NCBI GenBank assembly: GCA_009391235.1
Contig: VEXD01000001.1
Coordinates: forward strand, 97,470 to 161,469
From: SAR202 cluster bacterium AC-409-J13_OGT_754m
Lineage (GTDB): Bacteria; Chloroflexota; Dehalococcoidia; Lucifugimonadales; GCA-2712585
DNA: 64,000 nucleotides
Reading direction: 5' to 3'
The first letter of the stretch is position 1, and each line of letters opens with the position of its first letter. Positions 1-8,834 of this stretch are shown here, in pieces. The position numbers were made by a program, and so were the translations under genes. The notes below the pieces were generated by a model. It made no database searches. It was not told where the DNA came from and saw only the letters and a list, made by a program, of their open reading frames with translations.

Positions 1-1
1 T

Positions 2-919
2 AAACCTGGAGAACCCTTTTGGGATAGCCCATGGGGGCCTGGGCGTCCAGGCTGGCACATTGAATGTACCGCTTTATGCCTAAGTCACCTAGGAGAAAAA
101 ATAGATATCCACGGAGGAGGCCAAGATCTGGTTTTCCCTCATCACGAAAATGAAATAGCTCAAAGTGAAGCATATACAGGAAAAAGACCTTTCTCGCGTT
201 TTTGGCTTCACAATGGATTGCTAAATCTCGGCACCGACAAAATGAGCAAGTCCATCGGTAACCTTATAGGAGTTTCTGAAGCTATCGACAAATTTGGCGC
301 TGATGAATTGCGTCTGTATTTTTTAAGTTCTCATTATAGAAGTCCTCTAAGTTATAGTGAGGAGCTGATAACCCCAATGAAAAGAGCACTAGAAAGGTTA
401 AGGAATTGTCTACGGATAGAATCGCCTGCTATCGGACAAGAATTAGATATAACAGAATTCGAAGATCGATTTACAGAGGCTATGAATGAAGACCTTAATA
501 CTCCCAAGGCAGTGGCTTCACTGTTCGATTTAGTCCATGCCATAAATCGTGGGAAAGAAGCGGGGAAAGCAATAGGGGAAGCTCAAAGCAGACTTCGTAT
601 CTTAGGTGAGGTATTGGGATTTACCTTCAGAGAAGTGCGCAACGAAATGATTCCTTCTTTAGAATCCCTAAAGCAGTTTAGCTCCCAAATTAACACTTTA
701 TTGAAATCTGAAGGCCATTTGGAACTGTCCATATGGTTTGATGCCAATACGCCTATGGACGACCACAATAGGATTATCGACAATTTATTATTAGTCCGTA
801 GTGATCTCCGCAAACTCAAATCCTTCGATATGGCTGATAAAATACGAGTCCAACTTGGGGAAATAGGGATAAACTTAGAGGACACTCCAAATAAAACAAG
901 TTGGAGATTTTCGACATAG
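2..919 (+). CDS. cysS: Cysteine--tRNA ligase, C-terminal ~305 aa (5' end outside window)
   Basis: Frame 2 is open from the window edge. Translation gives GWHIECTA, IHGGGQDLVFPHHENE and KMSKS in CysRS order, then the C-terminal anticodon-binding tail. Confidence 0.9.
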   Translation, partial: KPGEPFWDSPWGPGRPGWHIECTALCLSHLGEKIDIHGGGQDLVFPHHENEIAQSEAYTGKRPFSRFWLHNGLLNLGTDKMSKSIGNLIGVSEAIDKFGADELRLYFLSSHYRSPLSYSEELITPMKRALERLRNCLRIESPAIGQELDITEFEDRFTEAMNEDLNTPKAVASLFDLVHAINRGKEAGKAIGEAQSRLRILGEVLGFTFREVRNEMIPSLESLKQFSSQINTLLKSEGHLELSIWFDANTPMDDHNRIIDNLLLVRSDLRKLKSFDMADKIRVQLGEIGINLEDTPNKTSWRFST

Positions 920-944
920 TCTAACTCTGACTAGTTATTCTAGC

Positions 945-1814
945 CTAATAAATGCGCTTTATGGAATCATCATTATTGATATCTTTTAGGTCACTGTAAA
1001 CCACTATCTTATCCCCAACTTTAGCCCCTATGACTTCAGAAGCGTTTCCATTAACAAATGCTATTTCGAGGGTATTGAAACTGCTAATCAAGCCAATGAG
1101 AGCATGACCTTCACTATAGTATTTATAAAGACCAGTGATATGCCTTTCTCCTATTTGGAAACTCGGATACGTTATTGAACTCAAGAGCGAAGCAGGAATA
1201 TCTGAAATCAAATTCCCGAATCTATCAGAATAAACAATGGTGCCAGTAATACAATCCTTACCTAAGATCGGTTTAGAACTTGGATTATAATGTAGCCCAT
1301 TAATAGCTTCTCCAAAATTTAAAGAAGCTATCCCAGATGACAAATAGCCGGCCACCGGAGCAATAACATCTCTTCCATGAAACGTAGAACTTACAAATGG
1401 AAGCCAGTATTCTGATTTATTCACCCAATACGCCTTACAACCGAACGGTAATGCAACATTGCTATCATTATCAATAAGGATTAATTTGCCATGGTCCTCC
1501 AACACATGACTTAATAGCCCGTTATCAGGAGCGATGAATGTCCCATTCTGAGTTTCCAATATAACAAGTCGTCTAGCAGAGCCAACTGTTGGATCTACAA
1601 TAACTACATGCACAGTGTTTGTTGGGAAAAACCTATAACTATTACCAATTACAAATGCAGCTTCTGCTATATTTTGAGGACCAATGGAATGCTTAATATC
1701 TACGATTACCGCGCTTGGATTAAAAGACAGGATTACTCCTTTTAATGTCCCAATATAGGGATCGTCAAGCCCAAAATCTGTAGTTAGGGTGACAATTGAG
1801 CTGTTGGGACTCAA
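945..1814 (-). CDS. SAM hydroxide adenosyltransferase family protein (DUF62, fluorinase/chlorinase-related fold)
   Basis: 289 aa. N-terminal TLTTDFGLDDPYIGTLKGVI signature and overall size match DUF62 SAM hydrolases. Confidence 0.75.
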   Translation of the reverse strand: MSPNSSIVTLTTDFGLDDPYIGTLKGVILSFNPSAVIVDIKHSIGPQNIAEAAFVIGNSYRFFPTNTVHVVIVDPTVGSARRLVILETQNGTFIAPDNGLLSHVLEDHGKLILIDNDSNVALPFGCKAYWVNKSEYWLPFVSSTFHGRDVIAPVAGYLSSGIASLNFGEAINGLHYNPSSKPILGKDCITGTIVYSDRFGNLISDIPASLLSSITYPSFQIGERHITGLYKYYSEGHALIGLISSFNTLEIAFVNGNASEVIGAKVGDKIVVYSDLKDINNDDSIKRIY

Positions 1815-1822
1815 TTTGTCCC

Positions 1823-2038
1823 CTATGAAAGCCTCACACTCAATATGGAAACTACGACGAAAATAACCACCAAAACTATGGTGGCTTGAAACAAGATCTT
1901 TTCCAAACCTCTTCTTACTCTAAAAGTTGTAGTTGCACTACCAAATAACCCAGAACCTTGTTCCCTTACTTGGAATAGAATGACCAAGATCAATGTTATT
2001 GATACGGACAACTGTATTAAATTTAATATAGTACTCAA
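1823..2038 (-). CDS. secG: Preprotein translocase subunit SecG
   Basis: 71-aa protein with two hydrophobic helices and a central LFQVREQGSGLFG loop, as in SecG. Confidence 0.65.
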   Translation of the reverse strand: MSTILNLIQLSVSITLILVILFQVREQGSGLFGSATTTFRVRRGLEKILFQATIVLVVIFVVVSILSVRLS

Positions 2039-2055
2039 TATATCTTACCCTGAAT

Positions 2056-3543
2056 TTAGACTGATTCGTCTATAATTTCTTTTATTAATTTCATAACCAA
2101 ATTTGGATTAGCTTTACCTTTAGTAACTTTCATTACTTGCCCTAACACGAACTGAGCCGCCATTTCTTTACCGTTTAAATAATCTCTAACTGCCTTGGGG
2201 TTCTCTTTTACAGAATGGAGTACAGCTGATCTTAACACCGATAAATCATTTATCTGATTATAACCCTTATTGGCAACTATTTCCGTAGGACATACTCCCG
2301 TATCAAAACATTCTTCAAGCACTGACTTTGCTAAAGTCGAACTTAAGACTCCTTTATCTATTAATCGTACCAATTGAGCTAAATGGGATGGTCTTAGTTT
2401 TGTTTCACCAATCTTAACATCTTTCACATTTATAAGCCTTGTTACATCACCTAACATCCAATTCCCAACGCTCTTAGATACATTTTTTAAATTATCCTCT
2501 TCATAAGTGCATAAGCTGACACTATCTTCAAAAAAATCTGCTAACTGTTTATACGCAGTCAATTGCTTAGCGTCATATAAAGACAGTTCGTAATCGTCAA
2601 CAAATCTTTGCCTCCGATCCCCTGGAAGTTCTGGCAAGTCTGCCTTAATATGTTCAACCCATTCGCAATCTATCTTTAATGGAGGAAGATCCGGTTCTGG
2701 GAAGAATCTATAATCATGCGCATACTCTTTACTTCTTTGAGAAACCGTTACACTCCTTTCTTCTACCCAACCTCTTGTTTCTTGTTCTACTTTACCATCA
2801 TTATCTACAATACTTCTCTGTCTAGAAACTTCGTATTCCAAAGCGTTATATACAGCACGAAAACTATTCATGTTTTTTACTTCAGTACGAGTCATATATT
2901 CATCACTACCTTTAGGTCGTATGCTAACATTTGCATCACAACGAAAACTGCCTTCTTGCATGTTGGCAGTAGTCACACCTATATATTGAAGAATTGTTCG
3001 TAGTTCAGTCAGATAATTACGCGCTTCCAACGGCGACCTGAGATCAGGATGTCCCACAATTTCCATCAACGGTACTCCAGACCTGTTAACATCTACTAGG
3101 CTATATTTGCCTTTTACAGGATCCTGCACATGCTGTAGTTTAGCTACATCCTCTTCCAAATGAACACGCATTATACGTATAAATCGACTTCCGTATTCCC
3201 CTTCTATCTCCAAATAACCATCTGAGGCAATAGGATTATCAAACTGCGATATTTGATACCCCTTCATAAGATCTGGGTATGGGTAATTTTTCCTATCAAA
3301 TTTAGTGTTTTCTGCTATCTTGCAATTCAAAGCTAAACCAGTCGCTACAGTATATCTAACTGCCTTTTCGTTAATCACTGGCAAAGCACCGGGTAATCCT
3401 AAGCACACAGGACAAACTAAATTGTTAGGAGCAACCTTCTGGTAATTCGCACGACAAGAACAGAACATCTTGCTTACGGTCTTCAGTTGAACATGAACTT
3501 CAAGACCAATAATTGTCTCGTATTCGATAGCTGACGGCTTCAA
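2056..3543 (-). CDS. gatB: Asp-tRNA(Asn)/Glu-tRNA(Gln) amidotransferase subunit B
   Basis: 495 aa. Has GLEVHVQL, CPVCLGLPGALP and the C-terminal GatB/YqeY-like tail (GQVMKVTKGKANP). Confidence 0.93.
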   Translation of the reverse strand: MKPSAIEYETIIGLEVHVQLKTVSKMFCSCRANYQKVAPNNLVCPVCLGLPGALPVINEKAVRYTVATGLALNCKIAENTKFDRKNYPYPDLMKGYQISQFDNPIASDGYLEIEGEYGSRFIRIMRVHLEEDVAKLQHVQDPVKGKYSLVDVNRSGVPLMEIVGHPDLRSPLEARNYLTELRTILQYIGVTTANMQEGSFRCDANVSIRPKGSDEYMTRTEVKNMNSFRAVYNALEYEVSRQRSIVDNDGKVEQETRGWVEERSVTVSQRSKEYAHDYRFFPEPDLPPLKIDCEWVEHIKADLPELPGDRRQRFVDDYELSLYDAKQLTAYKQLADFFEDSVSLCTYEEDNLKNVSKSVGNWMLGDVTRLINVKDVKIGETKLRPSHLAQLVRLIDKGVLSSTLAKSVLEECFDTGVCPTEIVANKGYNQINDLSVLRSAVLHSVKENPKAVRDYLNGKEMAAQFVLGQVMKVTKGKANPNLVMKLIKEIIDESV

Positions 3544-3700
3544 TACACGTCCTAATAAGTCTAGAGATATAATGTTAGGAGAATTCCCAGTATATCAGCA
3601 TGCATATTGATGGGCAACGAACCACAAATCGCTGAAAATCAACTCTCTGCCATTTATAGATAACTAATCAAATGATAGGAGACATTCGAACAGTTGTAAA

Positions 3701-4216
3701 TTAGGATGGATATACTAATTCCCCACCAGATGTCTGCCGAGAAGGATGTCTAACCGGGTTCGCACCTTTTGTGCGCCAGAAAATGTCTGCTATTTCCTGT
3801 GTGGCGTGAAGCAACGACTGAGCAGAATCCATGCTTGTATCCTGGCGGGCACTAGAAGCCACTTTCATTGCATTCCAGAAAAGCCCATGTAGCTCCGGAA
3901 ACTGTTCAAGATGCTCCGGCTTAAAATAATCACCCCATAATATCCGTAATTCTCGTTTAGCTAATTCAGCATGTTCCTCTTTAACGGCTACAAATCTTGC
4001 TAATTTGTTTACGTACGTAGCTCGTTCACCATCTGATGCATTACCATCAGGTTGTGCAAGTTCTGAAATGAGAGCATCCATTCTAATTACTGTATGAGCA
4101 GCTATTTGCGCTAAATGCGGATCATAAATACCACAAGGGATATCACAATGTGCATAAACCGTATCCACTCTAAATACTTTGATAAAACTTTTAAGAACGT
4201 TTTTGATTAAAACCAT
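3701..4216 (-). CDS. sodN: Nickel-containing superoxide dismutase precursor
   Basis: HCDIPCGIYDP matches the Ni-hook motif H-C-x-x-P-C-G-x-Y. It is preceded by a 22-aa propeptide (MVLIKN...DTVYA). Confidence 0.9.
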   Translation of the reverse strand: MVLIKNVLKSFIKVFRVDTVYAHCDIPCGIYDPHLAQIAAHTVIRMDALISELAQPDGNASDGERATYVNKLARFVAVKEEHAELAKRELRILWGDYFKPEHLEQFPELHGLFWNAMKVASSARQDTSMDSAQSLLHATQEIADIFWRTKGANPVRHPSRQTSGGELVYPS

Positions 4217-4354
4217 ATCTTACCTTCCTGTTTGTGGCTCAGGCTTGGAGTATAACCCAAAATGACACATGTGCCAACGTCAACGGTATAATAACTATAG
4301 TGCGAATTTAGATCATCGGATTCGTTCGTATGAATCTAAAAATGGAGTACATTA

Positions 4355-4825
4355 ATGAAATTCTGGGTCTTTTTATTAAGAATCCCTATGGTCAGATTCT
4401 TTATTAGAATCACTACTTCAAAAAGATTACAAATCGAAGGTAATAGTATGTCACCGACATTTAGTCATGGTGATCATATCCTAGTGAATAAAGAACAGTA
4501 CCATCTCACTAAACCAAAAAGGGGGGATATTGTGCTATTTCGCCATCCTGTTTTGGGAAACAAATATGCAATCAAACGAGTCATTGGAATACCCGGTGAA
4601 TTGATAAGAACAACAAATTTCGGCTCATATAATTTGGTAAATTCTATATCAAAGATTGAAAATCACGACTCTGCCATATATACAGAGCTATTAATAGAAG
4701 AAGATGAGTATTTTTTAATTGGTGACAATACTAATAATAGCTTGGATAGCAGACGCATAGGGCCAGTAAAACTCGACTTGATCTGGGGTAAAGTATGGTT
4801 TAAATACTGGCCAATAAATTTTTAA
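4355..4825 (+). CDS. sodX: S26-family signal peptidase-like protein, probable NiSOD maturation protease
   Basis: S26 motifs GNSMSPT (Ser), KRVIGIPGE (Lys) and GDNTNNSLDSR. It is transcribed divergently from sodN. Confidence 0.75.
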   Translation: MKFWVFLLRIPMVRFFIRITTSKRLQIEGNSMSPTFSHGDHILVNKEQYHLTKPKRGDIVLFRHPVLGNKYAIKRVIGIPGELIRTTNFGSYNLVNSISKIENHDSAIYTELLIEEDEYFLIGDNTNNSLDSRRIGPVKLDLIWGKVWFKYWPINF

Positions 4826-4912
4826 ATCTAATATGAATTATATCTGCGCTAACTACACTGAAATTTCACCAATGCTACAATAGATAAGTGCCAATTGGTA
4901 ATAGGGAGTTTT

Positions 4913-7813
4913 ATGACCAAAAAGACCATCATAATTAGAGGAGCAAAGCAGCATAACCTCAAAAATATAGACCTAATAATACCAAGAGACCAACTAGTGG
5001 TTATAACTGGAGTGTCAGGTTCAGGGAAAAGCTCTTTAGCGTTTGATACGATATACGCCGAAGGACAAAGACGGTACATAGAATCTTTATCCGCATACGC
5101 ACGTCAATTCCTTGGGAGAATGGAAAAACCTGATGTTGAATATATAGAAGGGTTATCCCCATCTATATCAATAGACCAAAAAGGAGTTTCTCACAACCCT
5201 CGTTCTACAGTAGGAACAGTTACAGAGATTTATGATTATCTGCGCCTCCTTTACGCCAGAGTCGGACGTCCTCATTGCCCCAAATGCAACCAACTTGTCA
5301 CTCGTCAGACGATCCAAGAAATCGTGGACTCAATATTGAACAACTCTAAGGATACACAGATCACTATATTGGCTCCGAAAGTGATCCGACGTAAAGGCGA
5401 ACATAGAGAAATATTTGAAGATGCAAGAAAAAATGGATTTTCTCGTGTCAGAGTGGACGGGCAATTAATGAGAATTGAGGACACTAACTCCCTTACTTTG
5501 GATAGGCAAAAATGGCACTACATAGAGTTGGCGGTAGACCGCCTAGTTATTGACGCAGAAATCGACATTAATAGGGTCACGGATTCCGTAGAAATCGCTC
5601 TAAAGGAAGGGAACGGCCTTATACAAATCCTGACATCTGATAATCTGAAGATTGAATATTCAGAACAATTCGCCTGTGTAAAGTGTGGTACAAGCTTATC
5701 AGAAATAGAGCCGCGGACGTTCAGCTTTAATAGCCCTCATGGTGCCTGTGACGCCTGTACCGGATTGGGATTTAAACTGGAAGTCGATCCGGATTTGATT
5801 TTCGCAAACAAGGACATTACTTTATCTGAAGGTGGCATTCTACCATGGTCTCGGGCAGGAACAGCTAGCCCATGGTATGCCAGCCTCATCGAGTCACTCG
5901 CAAATATACATAACTTTTCCACAAACGTACCTATAAAAGATTTGCCAGTAGCTATTATTTCTTTAATCCTGTATGGAAATCAAGGTGAATCTATTCGGAT
6001 GCGTCACAAAACTTATCATGGGCGAATATATAGCTGGGAAACCAATTTTGAAGGAGTTATACCCAACCTTTCCAGACGTTTCAAAACCACAGAATCCGAT
6101 TGGGTCAGAGCAGAAATCGAAAGATACATGTCGGCAAATACTTGTCTTTCTTGCTCAGGTTTTCGACTACGTCCAGAGGCCTTGTCTGTTACGGTTGATT
6201 CACGGAGCATAATGGAAATTTGCTCTTTACCTATTACACAAGTTCTTTCTTGGGTTAAACAATTAGAAAATAATACGTCCAAAAATCAAGAGGCGTCTTC
6301 ATTCTCGTCAAAAGAGCAAGCGATATCTAATCCAATACTTAAAGAGATCCTAGGCAGGCTGGAATTCTTAGAAAACATTGGACTAGGTTATCTTACATTA
6401 GGTAGGAGTGCGAGAACCCTATCTGGAGGAGAAGCTCAACGCATCCGTCTTGCTACGCAAATAGGTTCAGGGCTCACCGGAGTCCTTTATGTATGTGACG
6501 AGCCAACCGTAGGTCTGCACCCAGCGGACGACGATCGTTTAATTGGAACACTAAAGGCTCTTAGAGATCTAGGTAATTGCGTCCTGGTAGTAGAACATGA
6601 CGAAGCTATGATGCATGCAGCTGATCATATAATCGACCTGGGTCCTGGAGCAGGAGAACATGGTGGTAACGTAGTAATAAGTGGAAACCTAAAAGCAATC
6701 ATGGCCTGCAAAGAATCATCAACGGGTTTATATTTAAGCGGAAAAAAAGTAATACCAACCCCTATATTAAGACGACAGGGTAATGAAAAATTCCTAGCCG
6801 TTTTTGGAGCCGAAGAAAATAACCTTAAAAATATTGACGTAAAATTCCCCCTTGGGCAATTAGTATGTGTTACAGGGGTATCTGGTTCAGGTAAAAGTTC
6901 TTTAGTTTATGAAATATTATATAAACGCTTATCCCAAGCCATCAATAAAGGAAAAGCCAAGCCTGGGAGACACAAAACCATATTGGGAATCGAAAACCTT
7001 GATAAAGTAATAAATATAGACCAATCACCAATAGGTCGAACTCCTCGTAGTAATCCCGCAACGTACACAGGGACATTTACACCTATACGTGAATTGTTCG
7101 GAACTTTACCTGAATCTAGAGCCCGCGGATATAAGCCAGGACGCTTCTCGTTCAATGTAAAAGGTGGAAGGTGCGAAACATGCCAAGGAGGAGGTTTTAT
7201 ACAAGTATCAATGCAGTTTTTGCCAGACGTAACGGTACAATGTGAATCATGTGATAGTCAGCGTTATAACCGAGAAGCATTGGAAATCCTATATCGTGGA
7301 CATACCATTTCTGACATCCTTAATTTGACAGTAGAGTCTGCAATAGAATTGTTCAAGAACATTCCTAAAATTAGAACAAAACTCGAGACTATGAGAGATG
7401 TAGGATTGGGCTATATCAAGCTTGGCCAACCTGCAACTACTCTATCGGGGGGAGAAGCCCAAAGAGTAAAACTATCCACTCAACTATCAAGACGTGCTAC
7501 AGGTAAAACTCTCTACATGTTGGACGAACCCACAACTGGACTCTCATTTGAAGATTGCCACGCTCTTGTCAAGGTATTACATCGATTAGTCGACTCTGGA
7601 AATTCTGTTATCCTTATAGAACATCACCTAGATATGATAAAAAATGCCGATTGGGTCATAGATATAGGTCCTGGCGCTGCAGATGAAGGCGGTTGGATCG
7701 TAGGCAATGGTACTCCAGAAGATCTTATGCGAAACAAGAATTCAGTCACCGGATTTCACTTAAATCTGAAGTCAAACAAGCACACCGGCAAAAAGCAGAC
7801 CGCTACTGATTAA
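4913..7813 (+). CDS. uvrA: Excinuclease ABC subunit A
   Basis: Two ABC modules (GVSGSGKSS twice, LSGGEAQR twice) and CxxC zinc modules. I placed the start at ATG 4913 (MTKK...), which has AGGGAG 4 nt upstream; the ORF itself is open from 4895. Confidence 0.95.
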   Translation: MTKKTIIIRGAKQHNLKNIDLIIPRDQLVVITGVSGSGKSSLAFDTIYAEGQRRYIESLSAYARQFLGRMEKPDVEYIEGLSPSISIDQKGVSHNPRSTVGTVTEIYDYLRLLYARVGRPHCPKCNQLVTRQTIQEIVDSILNNSKDTQITILAPKVIRRKGEHREIFEDARKNGFSRVRVDGQLMRIEDTNSLTLDRQKWHYIELAVDRLVIDAEIDINRVTDSVEIALKEGNGLIQILTSDNLKIEYSEQFACVKCGTSLSEIEPRTFSFNSPHGACDACTGLGFKLEVDPDLIFANKDITLSEGGILPWSRAGTASPWYASLIESLANIHNFSTNVPIKDLPVAIISLILYGNQGESIRMRHKTYHGRIYSWETNFEGVIPNLSRRFKTTESDWVRAEIERYMSANTCLSCSGFRLRPEALSVTVDSRSIMEICSLPITQVLSWVKQLENNTSKNQEASSFSSKEQAISNPILKEILGRLEFLENIGLGYLTLGRSARTLSGGEAQRIRLATQIGSGLTGVLYVCDEPTVGLHPADDDRLIGTLKALRDLGNCVLVVEHDEAMMHAADHIIDLGPGAGEHGGNVVISGNLKAIMACKESSTGLYLSGKKVIPTPILRRQGNEKFLAVFGAEENNLKNIDVKFPLGQLVCVTGVSGSGKSSLVYEILYKRLSQAINKGKAKPGRHKTILGIENLDKVINIDQSPIGRTPRSNPATYTGTFTPIRELFGTLPESRARGYKPGRFSFNVKGGRCETCQGGGFIQVSMQFLPDVTVQCESCDSQRYNREALEILYRGHTISDILNLTVESAIELFKNIPKIRTKLETMRDVGLGYIKLGQPATTLSGGEAQRVKLSTQLSRRATGKTLYMLDEPTTGLSFEDCHALVKVLHRLVDSGNSVILIEHHLDMIKNADWVIDIGPGAADEGGWIVGNGTPEDLMRNKNSVTGFHLNLKSNKHTGKKQTATD

Positions 7814-8679
7814 TTCAACGCTTCTTTGAATCTCCGTACTGCATCAATATGCTGGCTAGGGGTAAACCCTGCACCCATTGTATTTAAGCTTATATGTGTC
7901 GAACCAAACTCTTTCCATCTTGTGGCAGCCGCCACCCAATCATATGGTGACCCATCCCTTGCGGATATCCAGCTCTCAATGCCAATATCCTTCGGATCAC
8001 GTCCCGCCTCTTCAGCAGACGAATGAATTATTTCCAACATGGGCTCAAGCGGGTTCCCCCCATCTGAATATCTGACATTTGATATCCAGCCATCACCTAT
8101 TCTTCCTATTCGTTTTAGAACTAGCTCATTACCACCACCAAGCCATACTGGAATAGGTCGCTGAACAGGCATTGGATTAAGACCAGCATGGGGAATTGTG
8201 TGCCATTTGCCTGAGAAATTCACTGATTCTTCAGTCCATAGTTTTCGCATTAACACGATTTGTTCCTCACTCCTAACACCGCGATTTCGAAAGTTTTCTC
8301 CTAGGGCCTGATACTCTACATGATTCCATCCTATACCTATTCCTAGCCGCAAACGGCCATTGGTTAAAACATCTACTTCAGCTGCCTGCTTAGCTACCAG
8401 AGCTGTTTGTCTCTGTGGCAATATCACAATACCAGTAGTTAATTCAATTCTCTCAGTTATAGCAGCCATATAACCAAATAATACAAATGGCTCGTGGAAT
8501 TGATCTTCCAAACGATAAACCCCACTCCAAGCAGGATAATGTCCTGTGTCAACTCCTAAAACGTGATCAAATACAAGGAGATGATCATATCCTAAGGATT
8601 CCACTACTTGAGTATATTCACGTATTATTCCAGGATCAGAGCCTATCTCTGTTTGTGGAAATATCACTCCAATTTTCAT
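7810..8679 (-). CDS. Luciferase-like monooxygenase (LLM) class oxidoreductase, probably F420-dependent
   Basis: 289-aa LLM TIM-barrel-like sequence (LLVFDHV..., RLRLGIGIGWNHVEY). The cofactor (F420 or FMN) cannot be decided from sequence alone. Confidence 0.7.
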   Translation of the reverse strand: MKIGVIFPQTEIGSDPGIIREYTQVVESLGYDHLLVFDHVLGVDTGHYPAWSGVYRLEDQFHEPFVLFGYMAAITERIELTTGIVILPQRQTALVAKQAAEVDVLTNGRLRLGIGIGWNHVEYQALGENFRNRGVRSEEQIVLMRKLWTEESVNFSGKWHTIPHAGLNPMPVQRPIPVWLGGGNELVLKRIGRIGDGWISNVRYSDGGNPLEPMLEIIHSSAEEAGRDPKDIGIESWISARDGSPYDWVAAATRWKEFGSTHISLNTMGAGFTPSQHIDAVRRFKEALN

Positions 8680-8834
8680 ATAAATTCTCCTGAAAGTCTT
8701 ACCTAACCCATGCCAAGATAGTATCCGATCTCAACAACTGAGTGTCAACGTGAGATTCATCTACAAATGCCTAATCCAATCATCTATATTATGTTAGAAT
8801 TTTGTTATCGCGATTTTATAATGAGGACAGTAAT

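Noticed and set aside
945-1814. The DUF62 protein as a fluorinase/chlorinase (SAM-dependent halogenase).
   Set aside because: The N-terminal TDFG..D.Y(I/V)G..KGV pattern fits the common hydroxide adenosyltransferase branch. No biosynthetic neighbours are present, and halogenase-specific residues cannot be verified by eye.
8680-8834. T-box or other leader RNA upstream of leuS.
   Set aside because: The spacer is only ~155 nt and AT-rich, with no T-box core sequence or terminator/antiterminator pair. An extended -10 (TGTTAGAAT, 8792-8800) about 35 nt upstream of the ATG explains it as a simple promoter.
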